NCBI GenBank assembly: GCA_951406725.2
Contig: OX597821.1
Coordinates: 35,960,001-36,024,000 of the forward strand
Reading direction: 5' to 3'
DNA length: 64,000 bases
From: Octopus vulgaris
Taxonomy: Eukaryota
The notes beneath the pieces were generated by a model that did no database searches, was not told the origin of the DNA, and was given only the letters and a program-made list of their open reading frames with translations. Shown one piece after another: positions 46,962-58,849 of this stretch (positions within the stretch are counted from its first letter, which is position 1; each line of letters starts with the position of its first letter). Position numbers and translations under genes: made by a program.

Positions 46962-47023
46962 TAAAAACAGTAAGATAACAAAAGAAAGAAAGATACCTTG
47001 ACTATTGAATAATTATCACATAT

Positions 47024-47107
<84 letters not shown>

Positions 47108-48071
47108 AGTGAGAGAGAGACATGTGTATGTATCCGCTTTTCATCAATTGCTTCCATACTTGTGATGCATGAATACTTTGACCTCGGACACATGTCTCTT
47201 CATTTGATTTTTTTTATTAAAAATAAATAATATTGCTTTTTATATTAGATTCACGTCTTTGAAAGATTTAAAAATATTTACTTCCGGTTTTCTGGCGTTA
47301 GTAATGTAACAACTACATGTATGTATTATCTCTCTATCTCTATTACTCTTTCGATATCTCCCTATCCATCTCTCTCAGTCCCTGTCTCTTTATATCTGTC
47401 TAACTCTCTGTATCTAAATGTTTATATCTTATCTATCTATATTTTTCTCACTATAAATTTTCGAACACCATTGTTTCACTTTTAGTTCAATCGCTGTTGT
47501 TTTCACTGTAAGTTTTCAATCGCTATTTACAAATAACAATGAGAAATTACTGACAGAAAGAAGTTCGCAATACTGATGGAAGTAATTTTATAATTTACAG
47601 ACAGTAGTAACTTCATAAATGTCATTTCAATCCGTGCACTTCGTTAAATATGCCTACAAATTTCTTATTTACCATTGCAAGATTTTCGGTTTTTTTATCT
47701 TTTTTTTTTTCTTGTTGGCGGAATTACTGATAAAAGTAAGTTCATAACTTCTGAAAGAAGTAACTTCAAAAATTTCACTTAAATCCGTACACTTTGTTAA
47801 TTTCCCTAAACATTTCTTATTTACTTTTGCAACGGTTTTGTGTTTTTCTGTTGTTGACGGCTTTCTTCTCGTTTCCTCCATACTGGCTCTTTGGTTCTCT
47901 GAGCGACAAATTTCGCTTCAGCCCGTACAATTCTTTATTTTCTGTCAAATTTTCTTATTTATTCTTATTTACTTTCTGCCCGTCGTATTAAGCTACATAA
48001 TTTCCGTTACCAAGTTATTTTCATTGTTTACTATCTTCTGCAACCGTGTATTTCTGTATACATATATAACC

Positions 48072-48570
48072 ATGCCTACAAGGAAAGTGTCAAATTTGTC
48101 TACAATGACAAGGTCAGCCAAAAGAATATCTCTGTCCAGGGAAAGAGAGACAGCCGCAGAAAGGAAAGCACACCAAGAAACGAACACTGTGCACAACAAA
48201 AGCCAGAGTATCTCAAAGTGATTAACAGAGGTATGCACTGCTGACAAGAAATAGGAACTCCACTACATAACGAAGAGCAGTTGCAACTGCTCGGAGAAGC
48301 AACTTCTATGAAGCAGCTTTCAATTATGATCCAGCAGTTCATTATGCAGAGGGTACTAGAGATTCCGTTGGTGTAGTGACAACTGAGTGCATACATAGTA
48401 AATCAAGGAAGTGGCCTGGAAAGACACCTGCACTGTGCTGCAGTGGTGGAAAGGTTAAACTCCTAGCAAACCCCCCAACCTCCAGTGCCATTAAAGGAAC
48501 TTTTGTCATCCATTGACCAAGATTCCAAGCACTTCCAATACAAAATTAAGCAATACAATGCTGCACTACC
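48072..48570 (+). mobile_element. Helitron Rep N-terminal fragment
   Basis: MPTRKVSNLS..R..RE, AFNYDP, C.H....KW.G.....CC.GGKV.L, PLKELL...SKHF...IKQYNAA. Confidence 0.8.
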
Positions 48571-48643
48571 TGTGTCCGAAGTTTGAAAGTGCTTAGTTAC
48601 AAAAAATTAATTTCTCGATCTGCCGTTCAAAGGGAAAAGATCC
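48571..48643. mobile_element. Right-arm fragment of the GGATC foldback MITE family
   Basis: gtgtccgaagtttgaaagtg.ttagttacaaaa...aaaagatcc matches 50626-50698. Confidence 0.75.
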
Positions 48644-49149
48644 GCTTTTCCGGCGTCCCGACGGAAGAATAGTCTTTTTCCAGTTCATGCGGTGCAATAA
48701 AGCAAATAATAAATTTATGGGTTGATAATAGTCAGCAATACACGGAAATATTACCGATTAGCGTCGTAACATTATTTCGTCTCACATGTTCAAGGGCTGA
48801 ATGCAGCTCTTACATTTGCGATATAACAAGATTCGAGGCTTTTGTTGTCTCTTTGAGCTGCAGGTGCATCTTAATATAACATGCTATAATATAGTACGTT
48901 AATATACACACTACAACGTTCTTCAACTTTTAATATAACATACTAGTATGTTATATTAAGATAAGTTAGTGGGTTATATTAATATAACATGTATGTTATA
49001 TTAAGACATGCTCGTTTGTTATAGTATGACATGTGCGCGTCACTTGATTTATTCTCATTACAAAATTATCCTTCTCGGGTAAGCTCGTTATTAGTGGCGT
49101 ATCCAGTGACAAAGTGGAAGCAATTTTGCATTTTAACTAACGCAACAGT

Positions 49150-50800
49150 TCAAAATAGATATAATTTGTTCGATGTCTTACAACGTGTCATTAAAGAAAA
49201 CGTAAGCAAACTTTGCGTTGTCAGTTTCCAAGTGGAATAATTAGCCCAACATTATAATGATCTTTTTCGAACAACTTCAACGTAGTTGTGTAGTTTCTTA
49301 ATGGTTCTTGGCAATCTAAATTTACCATTGCTATAACGTTGCTGCATCTTTTGATTTTATCAACTGATGTATGAAACAAAGATAAGTCATCGCTTCTACA
49401 TCCTGGTAATTGTTCAAGCATAATAATAGATCTAGTGCAATAATAGATCTATGACTCAGCTTCAAACTATATTACATTTGCGTAGCAAAGAAAAACAAAA
49501 GATTTTTTCCCCTATTCTTATCGAAAACGCCTTTGTGTGCTGTAGTCTATGAGGAAAATAAAAGAAACGAAAGCAATAGCAATCGCTTTTCTTTTTAGTA
49601 TTATACGCAAGCGTACTTGGGGATAAATATTTCCGTCGTATTCCTGGTTTGCTTCTACTTAATATGTATATTTTACTAAGGTTTCTGTTAGGTTTTTATC
49701 TTCTGTCAAGCTCCATTCAAACATTTCTGTTAACAGACAGTCCGATATTTCTTTCTGATAGGATTTTTCTAATCCGACTTCAGTGATAAGCTTTATGTTA
49801 CCTGCCATTTGTTTCATCATACTTAATCTTGTTTAAACTCTGCTGCAGCTATATTTTATCTATATAATCATTATATGATATTAGTTAATCGTAAGAGTTT
49901 ATACTCAAGTTAATCAACTTCTGAAAATTATTTGAACTGAACGAACAAGAGGGATTTTCGGATCTTTACCTTTTGACCGACAGATTTTAAAAATAATTTT
50001 TTGAGCTAAACACTTTCAAACTTCGGACACTGGTAGAATGGTAGAATGTGTCATATAAAACATCTTTTACTCTTAGCATTTTTGAGAAAAACTTATATTT
50101 ACGAAGTTAATTCATGTTAAAGTTGTCCTATTTCGGTAATTCCAACCAATCAATGAAGTGTATTCAGCTGAATAAAATTACTGCCGTTGTTTGTCAACAA
50201 CAACTATCGGCGGTACATTTTTCGTTTGTCACAGTTATTTATGACATCGTTCGTGCGTTTCTACTGGTTTTAGCTTAAAGGTTTTAGGGTTAGGGTATTA
50301 GGGTTAGGATTTTAGGTTTAGGGTTAGTGTTTTAGGTTTAGGGTTAGTGTTTTAGGGTTATGGTTAAGGTTTTAAGGTTAAGCTTAAGTTTTTAGGGCTA
50401 GGGTTAGGGTTTTAGGGTTAGGGTTGTCATAAATAACAGTGACAAACGAAACATACACCACCGGAAGTTCTTGTTGACAAACAACAGCAGTAATTTTATT
50501 TAGCTGAATACACGTTATTGATTGGTTGAAATTACCGAAATAGAACAACTTTAACGTGAAATAACTTCGTAAATATAAGTTTTTCTCAAAAGATGTTTTA
50601 TATGACACATTCTACCGTTCTACCAGTGTCCGAAATTTGAAAGTGTTTAGTTACAAAAAAACTATTTTTTAAATCTGTCGGTCAAAAGGTAAAGATCCAG
50701 ATTTTCTTTCCGGTCATACAATCTACGAGAAATATCAGTGAACTTCAAATTACAGCTTTACGTTTTTAATGGATATAACTTATTGGAATAAGTAGCCATA
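49150..50800 (-). pseudogene. Candidate decayed intronless Cys-loop (nAChR-like) receptor remnant, interrupted by a MITE
   Basis: Ordered motifs across frames: YPLKT*SCNLKF (~50740-50780), EWSL, YPQVRLRIILKRK + hydrophobic run, GEKI..SLL, LPG..SDDLSLF, VIAMVNL. Multiple stops/frameshifts, first loop Cys absent, spacing longer than typical. Confidence 0.35.
49960..50698. mobile_element. Foldback-type MITE with ~290-bp inverted arms and (TTAGGG)-like core
   Basis: ggatctttaccttttgaccgacagattt at the left, its reverse complement at the right. 8-bp TSD ggattttc/agattttc. Degenerate ttaggg repeats at 50265-50425. Confidence 0.9.
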
Positions 50801-51705
50801 GATATTTAAAAATTTAGGATAGGTACGATTGGAACGCCTTTTCATCACAGCTAAAAACAACTGATACTTATTTATAAACAATAACTGTACTTACTTTATC
50901 GCTTTTAAAAAAACTGAAAAACAAATTCAAATCTGGTGGTTGTTAAGCAAAACGTAAATTGACTAACCTAAGCACCTAAGTAATTTAATCAACCGTTTCT
51001 ACCACTTCACAAAATTTCTAAAGCTCTAAAAAGCAATATATAAAATATATTCATCTATAATATGTGCTTGCAGAACAACTTGATGTCATATTGTTGAAGC
51101 TGTTGTAAGTTCGATTACAATGTGTGACGTTTTCTGTTTAACAAGGGATTCGTGATTTTGATCGGATTTATTATCATTTGAGAAGTTAAACCTCCGATTC
51201 ACAGACGTGTTCTCTCCTAATTTGTCCTTCTCTACCTTTACTAACATCGTCTATTTTCCTTGCAACTTACTTGTCTCATGTCATCCCAACTCATGCAGTC
51301 AAGACTCAGTAAAATCTGCTCGTTATCCATGGTCAATTTATAAGCCAGGTTGCTCACTTATTTTCATGTGCGCACGCACACTCACATTTATGGGTCTTTG
51401 GGACTGCTAATCTGCATATCCATTTCTTATAACTCTCAAATTCCACCTGTTTCATACGAATACTAATTGACACTGCTTCTCTTAGAGGTGGTGCAAAGGT
51501 GGTCATACCTTTTTCTTCAGCAGACATTTCTAAGGATCTTATCTAATGTCTTTTTTTAAAAGGGTAGTTTGTGATTTGAGCCCGATTTAGCCTTAATTTC
51601 TGGCTAGTTAATCACATGGGACATCGTCTGAAAGAAATGTTCATTCCTACTGATTTTCGGATAGAGAAATTAGTTTTATACATAAAAACCCGGTCAATTT
51701 AAATA

Positions 51706-52892
51706 TTAGATTGGCTGAAATGTCCGGTGGCTTTTCTTTAGAGACTAAACCTTAAGGATTCTGATAAGTAGCTGACTTCAGTCTGTCTGTTGTGCATGTA
51801 TACTCGTCAAATACAAACACTTCAACGTAGTTTGACGCAGGCTTGCAACGAATCAGCTTGTATATTATGTGCTTGTGATCACCCTGAAAATGGAGAGTCA
51901 CAACGATCATTATCGGCAACAGGCATTTTTTTTATTTAAAAAGAAAGAAAAATGTGGCGCAATCCTGTAGAAACATGTGCTTAATATGGATAAGATGTTG
52001 TGATGTAACGTGTATGCCATAAGTGGTTTTCTAAATTTCGATAGAGAAATTTTTCGGACTAAGATGCACCTTGCTCTGGCCAGCCAACTGAGATTGGTTG
52101 TGACCCCAACCTATGTTATACGACCAGGACAATCGCAGATATTTTCTAAATATCAAAATCGGACGTTGAAAAAGATCTGTATCAACTCGGTTACATCAGC
52201 AGATTCTATATTTGGCTCTCACAAAAATTGAATTAGGCTAACCTCACCCAACGGATTTCCACCTGCGATTCATTGCAGAAACATCAAGAACACGATACTT
52301 TTTAAAGAAAATGAAGATGGGAACAAAAATTGGATTATCCATAACAACTAAAGTGCAAAAGATCTTGGGTGAATGGCAGTGAACGAAGACAAACTACCTC
52401 CAAAGTAGCTTGTTTTCAAGTTGGTGGAACTGGAAGAGTATTTTCTTTTACGAGGTTTTTCCCACGACAGAATCATCAATTTGGGTGTGTAGTGTGACCA
52501 GCGATTATCTTGAAAATTCAAATACTTGCTACTCATAAGAGCATTACCTTTCATATGACAATGTCAGACAGCATACTTCTTTGTAGATACAGTAGAAGTC
52601 ACTGAAGGTTGGGTCGGAAGTTTTATTGTGCCTTCCATATTCGTCCTGCATTGTCTCTTCATGTTTCCGCCTTTCTCATTTTCTTCAAAATTCATTGGAT
52701 ACACAAACCTTCCACTCCGAAAAAGATTCAAAATTTCGCCTGGAAAAGCTTTTCACCAGTAAAAAGGGGAAATTCTTTGAGCAGGGAACTATGGATTTGT
52801 GCACAAGACGATAGAATAAGCAGTAATTATAAGTTTAAAGCTAGTGTCTTATTTTCGCTTTAAAAATCGAACGGACGTTTGGGCCAACCCAA
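51706..52892 (+). mobile_element. Mariner transposon, highly decayed
   Basis: TIRs tattagattggctgaaatgtccg / cggacgtttgggccaacccaata with TA ends. Transposase start MESHNDHYR at ~51889. Confidence 0.75.
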
Positions 52893-52904
52893 TACATTCA
52901 AGGC

Positions 52905-52980
52905 TTACTCTTTTACTCTTTTACTTGTTTCAGTCATTTGACTGCGGCCATGCTGGAGCACCACCTTTAGTCGGGACTTA
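52905..52980 (-). mobile_element. SINE family 1 3' fragment
   Basis: ttactcttttacttgtttcagtcatttgactgcggccatgctggagcacc. Confidence 0.8.
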
Positions 52981-53509
52981 TGTATATATATGTTAAATCT
53001 TTTAACTATCATTAATTTTCTTGAAAATTGACACACGAAATAAATACACATTTCGCGGACAGTAACACACTCCTAATTTACAGCTTAAGAGGCTTATATT
53101 TTGAGAATTACAAAAAATATGAGCAAACCAAAGATATCTCTTAGAATGTGTATTTTGGATTTTATATTCGATATTTTACTGGAATGAACCCACACTTGCC
53201 TTAAATGATACATAAAATTGAGATAATTGCTGGTTTTCAAACGAATAAATAATTTACATTATGCAATTTTTAAATTTTTTATGATCAACAATTTTAATTT
53301 TACAGTGATAGATTATGCAATGTCGGTAAAATAAACTTAAAACAAACATCGGAATCGTCACAGCTAGAAACCCTTTCGAATAATTCCCTGGTATTAAACA
53401 TGGTCAATGACAATGCAAAAGAACTGTATATATTTTATGCAAAGCAAAATTGAACAGACAAAACATTTTTACATGCTCATGAAGTTTATTAATCAATACA
53501 GATGTAAAA

Positions 53510-54024
53510 TCAATGATGCCACATCTGCCACCATGGCACCCAACTACTTCGTGGATATACATGTCCATAGTAACAATAGTGTGAATATGTTTCGAAAATG
53601 GACGATCCACAGCAAGCAAATGTGTATGGTACGTTATTATTTGCTCCAGGAAAAGTGTCTGTGATTTTCTTTACCACACCCTCACAACAAAGTGACTTCG
53701 TGACATCCATGGTTACCGCCCCACAACAAACATCATATATAGTAGTCCTAGGAATTGCTTTCGCGCCGCAGCATACTTGAGTTTGTCGAACGATTGTAGC
53801 GCCGTTACAACAATCGCTAACTGATGTATCTATCGCTGTCGCACCGCAACAACCGTTGGAAGTGGCTGTTCTTGGTTTTAATGCACCCGCGCAGCATACA
53901 TTCGCGTCTATATCAAATCCTACATTTCCGCAGCAAGAAGGATGTCTAAATCCATTTATGGGTGTAAGCTGTGCATTGCAGCAAATATGACTGAAAATGT
54001 TGTAAGGTTGGTGATTACACATAT
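53510..54024 (-). CDS. Terminal coding exon of a galaxin-like di-cysteine-repeat protein (paralog 2)
   Basis: Open frame with 9 CC doublets, ungapped alignment to paralog 1. Acceptor ttatttctgcctttag (AG = ct at 54025-26), phase 1, so the ORF-track Met is probably internal. AATAAA on minus at 53485-53490. Confidence 0.87.
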
Positions 54025-54556
54025 CTAAAGGCAGAAATAAAACAATAGAAAAGAATATTAATTAGGGTTAGATTTTAAAATGACTCATGTATACGAATAA
54101 CAGTATGATTCTTTCAAGCATACATGCTTACGCACACATTCATCTATTTATATATGTTTATATAAAAGATATGAGAGAAAGAAAATGAAATTCATGAGTC
54201 TCTTTATTTACTGTGATCATTTCAACCGTTCATGCTCTGTACCTTATAGGTGAAATGCTGCAAAAACAGTCGTGGTGTATCTTAGGTGCAGATGTGTCTC
54301 TTAGATGACTTTTTAAAAAGTACCTCCTTTTTATTTGTTGTTCCTCTTGTTTCTGTTACAATGCATTTTGGTAAATGTCGCGCAAAGGAATGAAGATATG
54401 AAGAGGTTTTCTCATAAAAGCAACAAAATAACGAATACAAGGCATCAAACGAATCTAATAAAATGTGGTACACAAAGAAAGCAATGTCGATATGTGTACA
54501 CGGGCTACGGGTATATATGCATATATCAATGTGCTTGTGTGCGTATGTGCGCATGA

Positions 54557-54635
<79 letters not shown>

Positions 54636-54807
54636 CCAATTATATACGTTTTTATTATTTTTTTGCAATTTACTTAATCATTGGTATTTTATTGTTATTT
54701 TAATTTTAATATTTCTATTATATGTAATTTTCTAGATGGTGTAATTTAATTGTTCATTTTGAATTGATAAAAGGTGTTTTTCCTAATTATATATATATAT
54801 ATATATA

Positions 54808-54978
54808 GGCGCAGGAGTGGCTGTGTGGTAAGTAGCTTGCTAACCAACCACATGGTTGCGGGTTCAGTCCCACTGCGTGGCATCTTGGGCAAGTGTCTTC
54901 TGCTATAGCCCCGGGCCGACCAATGCCTTGTGAGTGGATTTGGTAGACGGAAACTGAAAGAAGCCTGTCGTATATATG

Positions 54979-55018
<40 letters not shown>

Positions 55019-55217
55019 TCCCCCTAGCATTGCTTGACAACCGATGCTGGTGTGTTTACGTCCCCGTCACTTAGCGGTTCGGCAAAAGAGACCGATAGAA
55101 TAAGTACTGGGCTTACAAAGAATAAGTCCCGGGGTCGGTTTGCTCGACTAAAGGCGGTGCTCCAGCATGGCCGCAGTCAAATGACTGAAACAAGTAAGAG
55201 AGTAAAAGAGTAAAAGA

Positions 55218-55219
<2 letters not shown>
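54808..55219 (+). mobile_element. SINE family 1, full length
   Basis: Near-identical to 7693-8129; inserted in (TA)n. Confidence 0.92.
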
Positions 55220-55264
<45 letters not shown>

Positions 55265-55357
55265 GTGAAATTTGATTTAATATTTCTAAATTGAAATTTT
55301 TTCTGTAAGTTAGGATTAATATTCCCTCAAATAATTATTATATATATATATATATTT

Positions 55358-55417
<60 letters not shown>

Positions 55418-56310
55418 GGGGGGGGATTGTATATGATTGTGTATGTATAATTCTATATCCGTTAAGGTGGTAGTGTATCTAAATGGATACGTGTTAATGC
55501 ATATGTATACACACGCACACATATACTCACACACACCCACACACACGAGGGTGTGCTGAAAGGTTCCTGCCTTTCTGTGAATCGATTTTGATAAAACTGT
55601 TCCCAGCTGGTTTGTTCACTATGGCAACATCATTGATATGTTTTCCTTATTCTGTGTAACGTCTTTTTTATTTCAGATTCTTCAGTTTTGGGATGAACCA
55701 CACTAATAGCTTTTGAATGGAAATAGGCCATATAGACTTTTTCCTTTGGCTGGAAAGGGAGGACAATTATTCTCTGTCTGGTGGTTATGCAAAAGAGGTT
55801 GTGTAGTGTAAGCGATTGAAAGAGTTGAAGATGGGTAACTTCATCTTTGGCCAAACCTCATTAACTTTTTCAGGCTCCATCTGAAAAGTAAAGCGAGGCA
55901 GGAGCGGGAGGTAATGTCACCCAGTAAGTTCGTTGAAAGATGGGTGAATGTGACAAGAATGGCTCGCGTGAATGGGCCTATTCTAAGTTTGCATCTGTAG
56001 GCCGAAAGGAAAGAAGAAAGTGACTTCTTCGGGAGCCATTGATGTAAATATATTTTTTCATTTTTCTTTTTTCCCTTTTAATTATGTGAATGTGTACGTG
56101 TGTGAGTACTTGTATATGTATGCATATATTTTATATGTATATATGTGTGCTTGTGTATATATATATATGTATGTGTATATGTATGTTTATATATATATAT
56201 ATATATATATATAGATATAAATATAGATAATTTATATGCATATATATATATATATATATATAAATATAGATAATTTATATGCATATATATATAAATATAG
56301 ATAATTTATA

Positions 56311-56356
<46 letters not shown>

Positions 56357-56382
56357 CATAAATAATTTAAATGCATATATAT

Positions 56383-57125
56383 ATTGTTGTATTTCACGAT
56401 GGTTGTTTTTATTTGCCAAATAAACACGCGCACTATATATTTCTCTTCACACTGTTCTTATTTATTACTGTTCTCATGTCCAGTGATCGGAAATCTTTCG
56501 TTACACATCTGCGACCTCGTCAACGACACTTTTCATTATTGTTTGTATTGTTAGTCTACTTAGTCCATTCTGTTTTTCTGAGGTGTGTGTCCTTGTGTGC
56601 GCATGTGTTTGTGTCCATTTTTGGGCGTATGTTATTGCCATTGTTGTCACCGCCTCTGCTGCAGACGTTGTTAATCGTTTTCTTGACATTGCTGTGGTCG
56701 TCTGTGATATTTCTAGTGTGTGTGTATGTGTGCGTGTATGGGTTAACTTCGTATGTTGTACGTATCCATGCTCTTTATATAGATTTATTTATTTATTTTA
56801 TCTATCTCTGTATCTTATACTTATCCCAGGCATGTGACAAATATATTTATATATTTGTTTATTTATTTGTATATTTATTTATAAATTTATACATCTATCC
56901 CTATTTCTCATAAGTATCACAGTTAAGTGCATATATGTCTATTGTGCGTATATTACCCTGTATGTTTCTGTGTATCATTTACAATTTTTTCCTTGTCTTA
57001 CTCTCTCTACTCATCCCTTCTGTCTTTAGTCATGTGGTGTGGTGTTAGCTGTTACTGTTCCATTCGTGTTCTCTACTGAGGCTCAGTCTAAAAACTATGA
57101 CACACACACAAGATTACACATGCAT

Positions 57126-57172
<47 letters not shown>

Positions 57173-57415
57173 TAAGGACACAAACGCATGTTCACATAAG
57201 GAAACACACATTAGAAGAACAGAATGTACTAAGTGGACAAACAACGCACACGAAAACGCATAGTATCACTGAACTGGTCACAGATGTGTGGCGAAAGATT
57301 TCCGGACAATAGAGATGAGTTAAAATAATAAAATAAGAACAATAATAAACGAGTGTGGAAAATTATATAGCGCGTGTGTTTATTTGTCAATAAAGAATGA
57401 CCGTCCCGAAATACA
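56383..57415. repeat. Two diverged inverted copies of hammerhead-like-motif-bearing repeat family B (56383-56620 minus; 57170-57415 plus)
   Basis: Minus 56482-56530: agtgtcg-TTGACGA-ggtcgcagatgtgtaac-GAAA-gatt-TC-cgatcact. Plus 57263-57308: CTGAACT-ggtcacagatgtgtggc-GAAA-gatt-TC. Flanks align colinearly. Confidence 0.7.
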
Positions 57416-57489
57416 TTATCGGTTTCACCACACGATTTCACATGGGGAATCTTGCAACACAAATTAATAACCGAACATATCTTTAGTGC

Positions 57490-57950
57490 AAGTAGCTAGT
57501 GTCTGAAAACAACATATATTGTGTCTATGGGTGTGCATTTATGCACCAAGCACCTCTATGAGAAGATTGTTAGCGGATGCCTGAAATTGACACAAAGCGA
57601 ATAAAGAAGACATGACAACGTGGCAAGAATAATCCATTGGGTGCTCTGTGGGAATCACGGCCTACTAAGAACATGAGCATGGAATGAGCACACTGCAGAA
57701 GGAGTCACTGAAAATGAGAATTGCAAAATCCTGTAGTATGCAATGATCCAGTGCGATCACCTGACCAGACATCGGAAACCGGACATTGTTGTGGTGAATA
57801 AAAAAGAAAGAATATGTATGGTAATCGACATAACACATAATGACAACATAATAAACGTGAGAGAAGGAAAAATAAACAACTATGAAGATTTAAAGTGGGA
57901 AATACGAATGTTGTGGTGAATGAAGAGAGTAGATGTGATACCAGTAGTAA
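57490..57950 (+). mobile_element. R4/Dong C-terminal fragment
   Basis: IVSGC..L.Q.E..RRHDNVARIIHW.LC, HRKPDIVVV. Confidence 0.8.
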
Positions 57951-58849
57951 TTTCTGTTTATTTAGAAACCTTCAATGAACAGGCCAGACACTAAACTATA
58001 AAGTTCACAGGGTACAGCCTTAAAGGTGACACCGCTCCGCTAAGCGTAGAAAATTTCTGTTTCGCTATTGACTTAAAATACCCAGTTTTTCCGATTTTTT
58101 AACCTCTGTAATATTTTTCTCCATTTTTTTTTTTTCTCCACAACATCATGCCTTTTCAAAGCAAAGAAACTGAAAGGCTACATTATTATTGCAGATTTTC
58201 AGATTTTTTACTTCCTTTTAGAAAACGCATATTTGCGAATGAAAAATATTAATTCCTCTGAATCTAACGAAAATACTAGCTTAGTGTTTGAATTGGTCTG
58301 TGAAAGAGTGATTACGGCTGCGGAATTTTACAATGTCAACAAGTAATCTTCAAAAGCAGTGAAGAAAGTGAGAGAGAGAGAGACAAAAAGACATAGAGAG
58401 AGTGATGGTAAAAAGACAGACGGAGAAAGGGAGAGAGGGGGAGAATACAAGCGCTTTCAACAATAGGTTCAGAATTGTAGCAGTGAGGGTATTTCAAACA
58501 GCTAACTTTCATATGTCTATGAGTGAACAAAATTATAATTTTTTAGAATTTAAGCTTTAAGCAAAGGAGAAGGGTTTTAAGTTAATCTGAATCGAACGAA
58601 AATACTTGCGATAAAATAGCTTCCTCCCTCCTAATTGACCTTTTTTCTTTTCCTTTATCTAGTTTTTCTGCTTCTGTCGATATATATATATATACACACA
58701 CGCATCTCTTCTACCAGCTTTGTTTTTTATTTTATTTTTGTGTATTTAATTTTTGTTTTATGTTTTTTATATTCTATTATATCTTTTAAATATTTAAAAT
58801 TTTCTTTCTTTCATTCACTTTTATTTAGGTTTTTACGTCCTGTCAATGC

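Noticed and set aside
49795-49820. ATG..GCAG|GTAACA as first exon of galaxin paralog 1
   Set aside because: Phase fits, but it encodes no signal peptide, has no counterpart upstream of paralog 2, and overlaps the decayed receptor-like frame.
50265-50425. TTAGGG tract as a true telomere or fusion site
   Set aside because: Degenerate, and lies in the centre of a TIR element with a TSD.
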